A stretch of 63,169 bases of DNA, counting the filler. It is 8 parts of 8 records of this genome, joined end to end, with 100 filler letters (N's around TTAATTAATTAA, not from the genome) between each part and the next. Parts side by side here need not be neighbours in the genome. Positions count along the whole stretch, not along the records: positions 35,293 to 43,229 come from SRR7504441_778; positions 43,330 to 48,927 come from SRR7504441_781; 6 more parts are not named here. One strand, written 5' to 3'. The notes below the pieces were generated by a model. It was given only the letters and a program-made list of their open reading frames with translations. It had not been told where the DNA came from and did not search any database. Shown here piece by piece: positions 37,455 to 47,745 of this stretch. Each line of letters opens with the position of its first letter. The first letter of the stretch is position 1. A program made the translations under genes and the position numbers.

Positions 37455-40400
37455 TCATTGCTTGGTGCGCTTGGAGCTCCGCTTGGCACCGTTCCTTGCC
37501 GAGCTCCGCTCTCCCTTTCTAGGTGCCTTCCTGCTGACGTCATCGCCGGAGTCCTCGGTGCTCGGCTCGTCACTATTCAGCATTTCCTCGTCCTCTGCCT
37601 CTTCTTCATCGTCTTCGGCTTCTTCATCGTCTTCCTCGCTTGTTGCCTTTGCAGAGTTGGCGACATTCTCGTGAGCAGCGCCATTCGTCAGGCTGCCTCT
37701 TTTCCTCTTGGACCTTGTCTGGCCTTCAGAGCTATCAGCCTCTTCGTCCTCCTCGCTTTGAACCCCGTTCTCAACCCCATTTGTGTGAGTGCCATTCTGA
37801 TGAGCACCATTTTGATGATCGCCGTTCTGCATTTCAGTCACTCCATTCGCTTCGACCTTTTCAGCCTCTTCTTTCGCCTTTTCAGCCTCTTCTTTCGCTT
37901 TATTCTCAGCAATCAGCTGTTCCTTAGTAAGTATGGGCTCGCCTTCCTTGTGATACTCAACAATTCGGATTGTGTCATCCGGAAGCGTGACATCCTCTTC
38001 AGAGCCATCTACGTAAGCAATTTTGCACTCCTTGCCCTCAACCTTGACGATGACACCCTCGCTCCAACCATACAGATCCCACCACACTGACACCCGAGTC
38101 CCCAAAAGACGAGCCCATTCAATGGCCTCTTCGGCATCGTCATCGGCTTCCGCAATCTCTCTCTTCTTGGAAACCCACTTTCCCTTGCCGCAGCCTTCTC
38201 CAACAACTTCGAACCCCTCATCATCTTCGTTTACGGCCTTCTTCACATTTCCGTACTGGGTCAGTGTCTTTCCCCCATAAACCCAGCCCTTGGCCTTGTC
38301 CTCGGCATACCTTGCTTTGTAGAGCTCAAACTTGGCCTGCGCTTCCTCGAGTGCAGGGGGGGCGACATTCTGAGAGTTGGCATCACAGCCTTCCAGACAG
38401 AATGCTTGTCTCTTTCCGCACAGGACAGCCTCCACCTGCAAGACAGAGCCATCAGGTCAGCGGTTGCTGTGGGAGCAGCCACCTTTTCAGGGTCCACCTT
38501 CTCAAACTCGGTCCATTGACGTGTGTTTTTGAAACCATTCACCATGTCCACCCACCATTTGTTGTACCCTTCAGGCCATCCCGGGTACTTGACACACACC
38601 TCGAAATAGCTCTTCCCGTCGTCGTCTTTAATCCGACGGATGCCATGAATTGAGTCCAGGATCCAGTTGCGGTACTGATCGACTTCATCCAGCAGCTCAA
38701 ACGGGGTCTTCTTGTTGTACCGGGACGAGTGGTCACTCCGGGTCTCTGTGTTGTACTCGACCAGAATCTCTTCGTAAGTCATTGGCTCCAGCTTGGGACG
38801 AGGAAGATCCTTGGGCGAGTGCCTATCGAGCTTGGGCATCTTCTCCACATCATAATTCTCAAAATACTCGGCAAAGGTCTCCAGGCTCTGGGAATACGTC
38901 GCTGAGCCCTGGTAGCCCTCACCTAGCGAACTGCAGTGCGCGCTGAGCACAGTCCGAGCGAGGGCTTTTGTCAGTTGCGGCGAGACCGCATTGCCAATCT
39001 GCTTGTACATGGCGTTCACGTCACCTCGGAACACAAACGAATCTGGAAAGCCCTGCACGCGAGCTTTCTCCCGGACAGACATCACCCTGGCGTCGAAAGG
39101 GACCAGTGACGGATGCCAGTGCGGCTTGTGGTACGAGTGGACTGTGTCGTGCGGTCTGTCGTACTGCAGCCTCCCGTAGCACCCGTGGTCCTTGCCGTGC
39201 TTCATGGTCAAGCACCAGTATGGTACCAACGGGAACCTGCCAGCAGTACATATTAGAGATGGCCTGGGCTGCAGCCAGGAGCAGGCAGATGTGAGATTTA
39301 GCGGGTCGATTGAGCACTGAGGCTAGCAAGCCAGAGCGCGTGCCTCGACCTGCGTTAATGTCGCTCCCATTTCATCGCAAAACACCATAGTCCGGTGCCC
39401 GTGAATCAGTTAGAAGGAGCAATGACAAGTCAAACAGCCAAGGGATGTGCACCGGTGAGATTCCATTTCCCAGTTGTGCCGCAATGGCGGGATCTCGTTC
39501 TTTGGCATAGTCGACTTCTTTTTCTCCGTCTTGCGCATAAAATCCGGAATCTTACCACACCATCTGCCGAAACGTCTCAAACTCCACCCGGTACACGGCA
39601 CTGGCACCTTGAAGCGATGCCGTCGCCGCCTTCCCATTCTTCGTCGGTGAGCACCATCATCATCGGCTGCAGCATCGAGGCCACATGGTGGTCGCCGGCC
39701 ATCTCCCTCCAGCTGGCGTCTTTATGGAATGGGACGCAGTTACTCCTCAGCCGGTCCGATAGACCCAACCTAAGCACCGAGGAGTCATGTGAGGCTGGCC
39801 ATCTGTGCTTGCACCGGTAAACTACGTGGTTTGTGACTTGGGCCTCATCGCAGTCTTGTCTCAAGTAGGCAATGAACGGGGTCGGGGGCTCGGTCACGTA
39901 AGTGCATTTAGCCTCTTCCATCTTGGTAATGTTCTTGTTGGCTCCCTGAGGCGCAGCGGCAGGTCAGACTTGGGTTGAAAAAGAGCCTGCACCCGGAATT
40001 CTGCAGGGGCGATTGGAAGGTCGCATGACAGCGAGTCCCCGAGCACCAGGGTCCGGAGCAGCTGCTTGCCCTCCTTCTTCATCTGGGTCCACAGTGAGTG
40101 CCCACTAGCATGCACGCCCGAACACCTCCAGAGGGTAGCAGCTCTTGCTCGAATCAAACGACCGGACAAGCTCGTCCTCGTCGTCCTTGTAGTTGCTGTG
40201 CGTGACAGCCGGCAGCTCGACCGGGCTGAGCCCGTTCAGGGTAGCGATCACAATCAACCGGTCGCGGGTCTGCGGGCAGCCATACAGCCCTGCAACAGTC
40301 CAGCTGAGTGCTGATTCGAACTCGGAGCCCGCACCGGTTCTCATCCGGGCGTCATACTTCATGCTATAGCCCTTGCGAGCATACACCATGTCCATCCACT

Positions 40401-41577
40401 CCATGACGTTACCCTGGACAAACCCAGCGTCGGCGAATCACCCGGAGCGCGGCGCGAGCTACCTTGGTCGCCACGTCTGGCACCTCTTCCATGATGACAT
40501 ACAGTGGACGGTACAGCCAGACCACCTCCAGGAAGCGGCCGAGCAGTCTATTCTCCGAATCTTCCATCAAGTCACTCAGGTCCTTGCCGTGGATCCTCTG
40601 GGTGTTGTACCCAGACCAGCCCTGACATGGCGGCCCACCCGAGAGGATCTGCACATCACCTGCGGCGGCTGAGCTGGGCCAACTTGCCGGAGACACCTGG
40701 CAGCGGGAACTTGTTGGGGGTGAAAGAGGACGAGTTGAGGTAATGGTGAATGGCCGCCTCAAGCTCGCCGTTTGATTTGTCGGTCTCCCACTTGTCCTGC
40801 GGGCGGTCACGGGCCCAGCCGGTCGGGAGCAGCACCTTGTCGGCGTTGTCCCGCCTCACCAGGAAAGAAAGCCACGGAATCGGGGCGATTCCCTTGACCT
40901 AGGCCCGGAGATCGCCCGTGGTGTGGGGGCAAGGCCGGTCACCTGATCCAGCGTGACGTCATCCTTGTCCTGCTTGTCCTTGGTGGAGGCGGCCTTCTTC
41001 TTTGTCTTGTCCTTGTCCTTCTTCTGGGCCACATCGGTATCGATCCGCAGGTTCATGATTTTAATCCCCTTGGGCGCGTGTACGTCCGCGGCGGTCTTGA
41101 GCTTGTGTAGCCGTCTGAGCTCGTCGGCTCAGCACCGGGCGCAGGCGGGGCGGCACCTGGCAGTGGCTAGGAAGCGGCCGATCCCGATCGTGAGAACGTT
41201 GGTGTCGGGGAAGTTGGTCTTGTAGGTCCTGCCACCGGCTGAGCCCCCCCGGGGAGGAGGACGCACGCTGCAGGGTACTGCTCGATCTCGACGGCGCAAA
41301 TGGTCTTGAGCCTGAGCTGATTGTCGCCCTCAAACGTTGCCACGCCGTCCATATGCAGCCCGCCGCATCCGGCGAACACGTCCAGGCACTGGAGCACCTT
41401 GGGCAGCTCGGCCGGCGCCGCGTCGTCGCACGGCTCCCAAAGCTCCATGTCGCAGTTGGCGAAGGTGGTCAGCTTCTTGGCCGGCTTGGCCGGTTGCTCC
41501 GCCTCTTCCTCCTCCACCATCGGCTCCTCCGCCGACGGCTCCGCCACCGGCTCGTCAATATCCATAGGCCCCGGCAT
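37455..41577 (-). CDS. Cytosine-5 DNA methyltransferase, CMT/DNMT1-like, with C-terminal chromo-like and Tudor-like domains; 14 exons
   Basis: Motif I LDVFAGCGG, IV PLPGDVQILSGGPPCQGWS, VI VIMEEVPD, VIII GLYGCPQTRDR, IX RVMSVREKARVQGFPD and X YKQIGNAV. Thirteen GT-AG introns give one continuous frame. Confidence 0.9.
39287..39422 (-). ncRNA. Intronic box H/ACA snoRNA, predicted guide for 18S rRNA pseudouridine 105/106 (snR44/SNORA36-like)
   Basis: Lies in a 216-nt intron (39237-39452). Layout is hairpin, H box ACATTA (39361-39356), hairpin, ACA (39292-39290) plus 3 nt. Pocket strands TAACTGATT and ATGA are complementary to 18S UCAU-UA-AAUCAGUUA, with 14 nt from pocket to H box. Confidence 0.8.
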
Positions 41578-41637
41578 TTTGAACGTGCCGCGCGAAGAGC
41601 ACTCCGTAACGGACTTGCATCTCCAACCTCAAAGGCG

Positions 41638-43143
41638 ATGCAGCAACACGTGGTGGACGTGGACGCTGAGCTGCCCAGCATGGGCTCGGCCGACCTGGCC
41701 GAGCCCATGCTGTCGGAAGGCGGCCCGGATCCGTCGGAGGAGCCGTCGGAGGAGCCGCTGTACATCTCGGTGAGCGACCCGGACGGCCACACCGAGAGCA
41801 TGCTGGCCGGGGTGGCGCGCGATCCGGCCTGGGTGCTCCAACACCGGATTGCGGAGGTCGAGCAGGTGCCGCCGCACAGGGTCCAGCTCTACTGGCTAGA
41901 TCAGGTCCTCCAGCCTTCCACCACCTGGGCGGACGCCGGGGTGGCCGATGGGGCCCAGATCCGCTGGGAGCTCACCCAGGCCGACGCCGACACGATTCAG
42001 GTGGCCGAAGACGACAAGGCGGCCCTGGACGAGCTCAAGGCGCTCTTTTCGCAGATCGACGCCGACAAGGACAATCAGATCTCGGCGGCTGAGCTGCAGG
42101 CTTGGCTGGAGGAGGCCGGGCAAGACCTGGGTGCTCTAAGCCAGGAGGAAGTCGACCGCCTGTTCAGCGCTTTCGATAGGGACGGAGACGGCGGGATCAG
42201 CCGGGCCGAGTTGCATTATATGCTGGCAAACAGACATCTGACCAACTTATCTCACTCGGCCACTCACACGCTGCGGAGCCTGTGCAGGGAACTGATCAAC
42301 AACTCGCGCTCGGGCTCCAAGCGGCGGGTGACTGAGATCCGGCTGGGCACCGCCGCGACCGAGCACAAGGTCGGCTGCTGGGATGGGTGCAGGAGGAGGT
42401 GCCTAGAGCATACGGGCACGCTGACGCTGCTGCTTCTAACTGCTGGGTTCGCTGTGCTATTTATTCTTGACATAGCAGCAGTAATGGACTGGGGAATGAT
42501 CAAGTGGGTTTTTCTGGGTGCAGCATGTGCGTGCTACGTCTCGTATTTGCTGCACACGTTCTGCTGCGTCAAGGCCAGTGGGCAGCTGATGCACGTGGTG
42601 ACTGGATTGGACGCACTGCTTGCCATAATCCAGGCCGCCCGGAATAGAGATCCGTCCTACCACTGGAGGATAGAATGCTATCACTACGAGACTAGGACCA
42701 GGACTGTGACGACAACTGACAGTGACGGCAACACCAGCACTTCGACTGAGACCTATCAAGAGAGATGCGTCACTCATAGGGCATCGACAGGCGGGCGTAT
42801 TGCCTCGCAGGACAATTCGGCTAACTTTGTTCCTGTGACGGCGGCACCGCTGACACAGATCAGCTTTACTGACAGCATCAGCCTAGGAGGCGGCTACCAG
42901 CAGAGAAAGAATGCATGGCGTCAGGCAAACACGAGTGACAGTCACCAGGACTTTAGTGCGTCTGAATCGCTGGATTACGAGAGGGAAGTGCTAGTGGAGT
43001 GGGTCCCGGATTCGAGGCCGTGCTGGATGTCCCCTGGTTGCCATACGCTGGCTACCTTCCTCTTGCTAAGCTCATGCTTCAGGTGGGCGTACGATGCCCA
43101 CTGTGGCACACAAAACTACTGCTTCCGCAAGAGCTCTCAATAA
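41638..43143 (+). CDS. Ubiquitin-like domain, two EF-hands and TMEM151-family membrane domain
   Basis: Ubl-like LQHRIAEVEQVPPHRVQLYWLDQVL...WADAGVADGAQI. EF loops DADKDNQISAAE and DRDGDGGISRAE. Two TM helices, then the TMEM151 signature WRIECYHYETRTRTV...TYQERCVTH. Intronless. Confidence 0.8.
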   Translation: MQQHVVDVDAELPSMGSADLAEPMLSEGGPDPSEEPSEEPLYISVSDPDGHTESMLAGVARDPAWVLQHRIAEVEQVPPHRVQLYWLDQVLQPSTTWADAGVADGAQIRWELTQADADTIQVAEDDKAALDELKALFSQIDADKDNQISAAELQAWLEEAGQDLGALSQEEVDRLFSAFDRDGDGGISRAELHYMLANRHLTNLSHSATHTLRSLCRELINNSRSGSKRRVTEIRLGTAATEHKVGCWDGCRRRCLEHTGTLTLLLLTAGFAVLFILDIAAVMDWGMIKWVFLGAACACYVSYLLHTFCCVKASGQLMHVVTGLDALLAIIQAARNRDPSYHWRIECYHYETRTRTVTTTDSDGNTSTSTETYQERCVTHRASTGGRIASQDNSANFVPVTAAPLTQISFTDSISLGGGYQQRKNAWRQANTSDSHQDFSASESLDYEREVLVEWVPDSRPCWMSPGCHTLATFLLLSSCFRWAYDAHCGTQNYCFRKSSQ

Positions 43144-43229
43144 CTTTCTTCATAAAGGCATGCATATTAATATACATGTACGCACTCGTACGATTTTCGA
43201 GTTGTGCAAGAATCGTGTGCTCATGTACT

Positions 43230-43329
43230 NNNNNNNNNNNNNNNNNNNNNNNNNNNNNNNNNNNNNNNNNNNNTTAATTAATTAANNNNNNNNNNNNNNN
43301 NNNNNNNNNNNNNNNNNNNNNNNNNNNNN
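43230..43329. other. Artificial contig linker
   Basis: N44-TTAATTAATTAA-N44. Confidence 0.98.
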
Positions 43330-43668
43330 TAAAATACTAAATGACTATGCCGTTTCTAACAGCCCCAGCACAACTTGGGGTTGCAGTAATGACGTGGTCA
43401 AGTGATACATGTATTATTAAACAGCTCCGACACCTCATCAAGACACAATAGATCGTGGGATTTAAATGCACGGCTTTGTCTTTGTGTAAATACTATGCTC
43501 TCGTGCGATGCTGAGAAAATAAATTAATACGCGATACGGCAAATAAATCCACTTGAAAACGAACTATGCTTTAGATTAGCGCAGAGGCACGACAGAGTAA
43601 GTTAAAGCTCAAGCTTGGTTCCCCAGTCTTGAGCCGACCAAGCTCATAGGGAGTGCTAGTCGCTCTGC

Positions 43669-45899
43669 TCAATAGACCCGCTTGGCCGGGGGCACGTGGC
43701 TGCACTCGTCGTTGAGCGGCTGGTCGATCACCGGCCGGTAGTCCAGCCGGGCCCTGCCTTGCTCATGGTCGTAGTACCCGAGGGTGTGCTCCATCCAGTT
43801 GACATCGTCCCGATCGGGGAAGTCCTCCCGCGCGTGCGCCCCGCGGCTCTCCTTGCGGGCCACTGCGCTCTCGATGGTGACGGTGGCCGAGGCGATCAGG
43901 TTCTCGAGCTCCAGAGTCTCTATCAGGTCCGAGTTCCAGATCATGGACCGGTCCTTGATCCCGAGGTTCACCCGCCTGGGCACCACAACACAGCTCAGCC
44001 CAGCCCCCCGACCACCCCGCACTTGTCGTTGATGGTCTTGAGCTTCTCGCAGCCCTCGGCCATCGAGTCCTCCTCCCGGAACACTGCGGCGTGGTTTTGC
44101 ATTGTGCGCTGCAGGTCGTCACGCAGCGAAGCAGTCGAAGTGTCACCTGCAGCCAGTCAGACGCGCCTGCAGTACCCCGGACCGCTGCAGTTGCGGAGCT
44201 TGTCCAGTCGCTCGACGGTGGCCATCCCGGCGTCCTTGGGCCAGGCTCTGTGCGAGTCACCTGGCTTGTCTACCTCGGCGATAGTGTTTGCTGAGGCTCG
44301 CCCAAACACCACAATGTCAAGCAGCGAGTTGGCCCCCAGCCGGTTAGCCCCGTGCACCGAGGCCGAGGAGGACTCGCCGGCCGCATACAGTCCGTTGATC
44401 ACTTTGTCCTTCCCGTCGGCGCCCTTGTCGATCACTTGGGCCTTCCAGTTGGTCGGGATCCCGCCCATGTTGTAGTGCACAGTTGGGAGCACCGGGATCG
44501 GCTCCTTGGTCACGTCCACTCCGGCGAAGATGGCCGCCGTCTCCGAGATCCCGGGCAGTCGCTCAGCGAGCAGCTCGGGCGGCAGGTGGTTCAGGTGCAG
44601 GTAGATGTGATCCTTTTCCGGCCCCACCCCGCGGCCCTCACGGATCTCCATTGTCATCGAGCGCGACACAACGTCCCGCGAGGCCAGGTCCTTGGCCGAC
44701 GGGGCGTACCGTTCCATGAACCGCTCGCCCTCCGAGTTGCGCAGGATGCCGCCCTCACCGCGTGAGCCCTCAGTGATCAGGCAGCCCGCCCCGTAGATCC
44801 CAGTCGGGTGGAACTGGACGAACTCGAGGTCCTGGAGCGGCAGACCGGCCCGCAGCGCCATCGCCCCACCGTCCCCGGTGCACGTGTGCGCCGAGGTGGC
44901 CGAGAACCAGGCACGGCCGTACCCGCCGGTCGCAAGCACAGTGTTCTTGGTCTTGAAGCTGACGACACACTCAGCCCGGCCCGATCCTGCCCGGCGCACC
45001 GGTGGAGCGAGCCGTCCTCCATGTCGATCGCCTGGCCCGGGCTGGTGCCCCGGCCGGGTGCGGCTTACCATGATCCCGACGCAGTCGCCGTCATCGTTCA
45101 TGATCAAATCGAGCGCAAAGTACTCGACAAAGAAGTTGCAATCAAACCCGAGCGAACGACCGTACCTGCCAACCGCTCGGCCCGCCCGCCCGGCCCGGCG
45201 CACAGGGTGTGCAGCAGCGCGTGTCCGGTCCGGTCGGCCGCGCATGCGCAGCGGTACGCCTGTGGGCCCTTGCCGTAGTCTAGCGACTGTCCGCCAAACG
45301 CCCGCTGGTAGATCTTGCCTGCCCACCGGCTGGCCGCCGAGCCCGCAGGAGGGCACCCACCGTCCTCGGTCCGGGAGAAGGGCAGCCCGTAATGCTCCAG
45401 CTCCAGCACGGCCGCCGGGGCCTGCCACCGCTCGAGCGGCCGGGCGGGGCCGGGCACCTCGCGGGTCATGTAGTGGATGGCGTCTTGGTCGCCGAGCCAG
45501 TCGCTTCCCTTGACGGTGTCGTACATATGCCACCTCCAGTCGTCCTCGGTCATGTTGCCCAGCGCGGCGTTGATCCCGCCCTGCGCTCAGCTCGGCCCCG
45601 CCCGCCGCCCTCCGGGCACCTGGGCGGCCACGGTGTGCGACCGGGTGGGGAACAGCTTGGTCACGCAGGCGGTTTTGAACCCGTGCTCGGACAGGCCCAT
45701 CGCGGCCCGCAGCCCGGCCCCGCCGGCGCCCACCACCACCGCGTCGTACTCGTGGTCGATGATCTGATATTTCTGCGGCCAGCGCTCGCCGGCCGGCCCC
45801 AACCGCGCATACCTCCGCTGCCGACGCCGCGTAGCCGCGCCCGAGACCGGGCAGCGACGAAGCCCGTCGGGCCGCGCTCAGTACACGGCCTGGTAGCAT
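43669..45899 (-). CDS. SDHA: Succinate dehydrogenase flavoprotein subunit, mitochondrial; 10 exons
   Basis: Transit peptide, [52 protein letters not shown] and [10 protein letters not shown]. Nine GT-AG introns of 36-47 nt. Confidence 0.97.
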
Positions 45900-45991
45900 G
45901 GTGCCGGTGCTGTGCTTGCAGGGAGAAAGAGAGTCGCCGGCGCTCGATTTCCGTTGGCGCTCCAGCTGCAGGAGTCGACGACAGGACAGAG

Positions 45992-46624
45992 ATGGAGGGG
46001 ATGGGTAACGCGGAGAAGCATTCGATCTTCCACCGGACGTTCGGGGAGGCCCCGCCGTGGCTGCCCAAGAAGCGGCTCGGGCTGCGCAGCCTGCAGGAGT
46101 ACGAAATGTTCCGCCAGATCACCGACAGGACCGACGCGTGCCCCAAAGCTGCCGGCTAGGCTCACCGGCGGCCCAGGCTGATGGTGACCATGGTGGGCTG
46201 CCCGCGGCTGGTGGCGAGCAGCCGGAAGAGCCTGGAGCACTTTGAGGCGCTGGCCGAGGACCCGCAGCTCTGGAGCGCCGCCCCATTCAGGCTGGTGGCG
46301 GTGTGCGCCGACTTGGAGCAGGACCGCCAGTTCTGGAGCACCGAGCTGACCGCCGGCTCGAGCCTGGCCCACCAGACCGTCTGCGGTGCGACTAGGCCGT
46401 GGGCCGGGCCGATGGGTCGGGCCAGTGGGGAGCACGGTGCTCCTGATGCGGCACAACAGGCGGCGGCTGGTGTTCGAGCTGCTGGAGCACGAGGACGTGG
46501 ATATGCTCACAGGGCCGCTCAGCCGGCACCAGATCCGGCAGGTGATCGAGGCCGGGATGCGCGAACAGGACGGCAAGGTGCCGGCTGGCCCTGTGGTTTA
46601 GGGTTAGGGTAGCAGTTGGATTGA
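45992..46624 (+). CDS. Hypothetical protein, possibly thioredoxin-like fold (3' end at 46601 or 46624)
   Basis: Divergent from SDHA. Two or three ~38-40 nt GT-AG introns join the ORF fragments. The beta-alpha pattern is only suggestive. Confidence 0.4.
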
Positions 46625-46822
46625 GCCTGTGCACAAGGTGCGGCTGGAGCCAGACTTTTACTCCAACCCGTTCGGACAGGCCAGCTGACCTGAATTCTTA
46701 ATATTTATGATAAAAGAGCTATCGATTGACCTACTTACTGGTGCGACCCTACAATATTAGTTGGGGGCTCGAGATTATTGTGTAGCTGCGGCGGACCAGG
46801 CGATTAGTTGTTTGCCGGGCGG

Positions 46823-47717
46823 CTAGGCCGAGTTGACCAGGTGCGGGCTGACGTACACGCCCTTGTTGGCCGGGCACCGGAAGTGCCATTTGCCGTCCGG
46901 GCCTGCCCCTCGCTCATCATCGGCCCTGGCACGGCGCAATGCCTCGGCCGGTGTGGTTGCCCACGGGCTTGTCTGTTTCGACTCCGACCCAAGCCACTCC
47001 GGCGATCTTGCCGCAGAAGCGCACCTGCCCCGACGGCTCGGTCCGGTCGCTCGGGCGGCGCACCGTGCCAGGCTGCACTTGCCTCTTATGCTGCACATAC
47101 ACTCGGCTGCCCAGCTCCAACTTGCGCCCCCCCGCCTGGCCGCACGCTCCCACCCAGCCCCCCGCCCCGCACCTGCTGCCGCGGCGTCTGGCCCGCCCGA
47201 CTAGCCTGCGCCGGGGCCGGCTCGGTCGGTAAGAGGGCGGCCGGCTCGGGGATGGCCAGTGGGGGCGGCCGCTGTCTGCTGGGCCGGGCCGCCGGGTGCT
47301 GGCCTAGCTTGGGCTGCAGCTCGATCTCCGGCGGGGTGCCGGGGGCGGCCGGGTCGAGCACAGTAACCTGGGCGGGCTGAGCTGGCACCGGCCTCTCTGC
47401 CGGACCTGCATCTCGTCCAGGTTTAGCATCGAGTGCGGGAAGCGGAGGATCAGAGTCCATCGGGTCTCCCGCGGCCCGATCAGCATCCCGCGGTCCTTGC
47501 CGCTCAGCAGGTGGCTGATCTCGATGGCGCACCGCCCACCGTCCTTTGGCACTTTGGCCGAACCCAGCTTGCGGCTGAACCGCTTGTGCACAGCTGTCAG
47601 CTCCACAGAGCTGGCTGTCGAGCTGGCCGCCTCCAGCCGCACCACCGGGGTCCCGCCCAGCCGCCACTCTCGGTCGGAGCCCTCCGCGTCGAACTTGGCC
47701 CAGCCGTCCCCATCCAT
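46823..47717 (-). CDS. CAP-Gly domain protein
   Basis: LELGSRVYV...GQVRFCGKIAGVAWVGVETDKPVGNHTG...DGKWHFRCPANKGVYV at the C-terminus, preceded by a Pro-rich linker. Exon ends are approximate. Confidence 0.7.
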
Positions 47718-47745
47718 ATCGAATCGCAATTTGCAGACCGTTGGA

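Noticed and set aside
37860-37900. Short tandem duplication TTCAGCCTCTTCTTTCGC
   Set aside because: It encodes the low-complexity AKEEAEK repeat in the methyltransferase tail, an ordinary coding duplication.
7453-45899. Apparent frameshifts and in-frame stops in conserved genes, suggesting pseudogenes, recoding or an alternative genetic code
   Set aside because: They resolve as short GT-AG/GC-AG introns. TAA, TAG and TGA all terminate genes, and ORFs over 1,500 aa are stop-free.
46598-46609. Telomere-like TTAGGGTTAGGG
   Set aside because: Only two units, probably inside a short intron or 3' end. That is too little to call a telomere or interstitial array.
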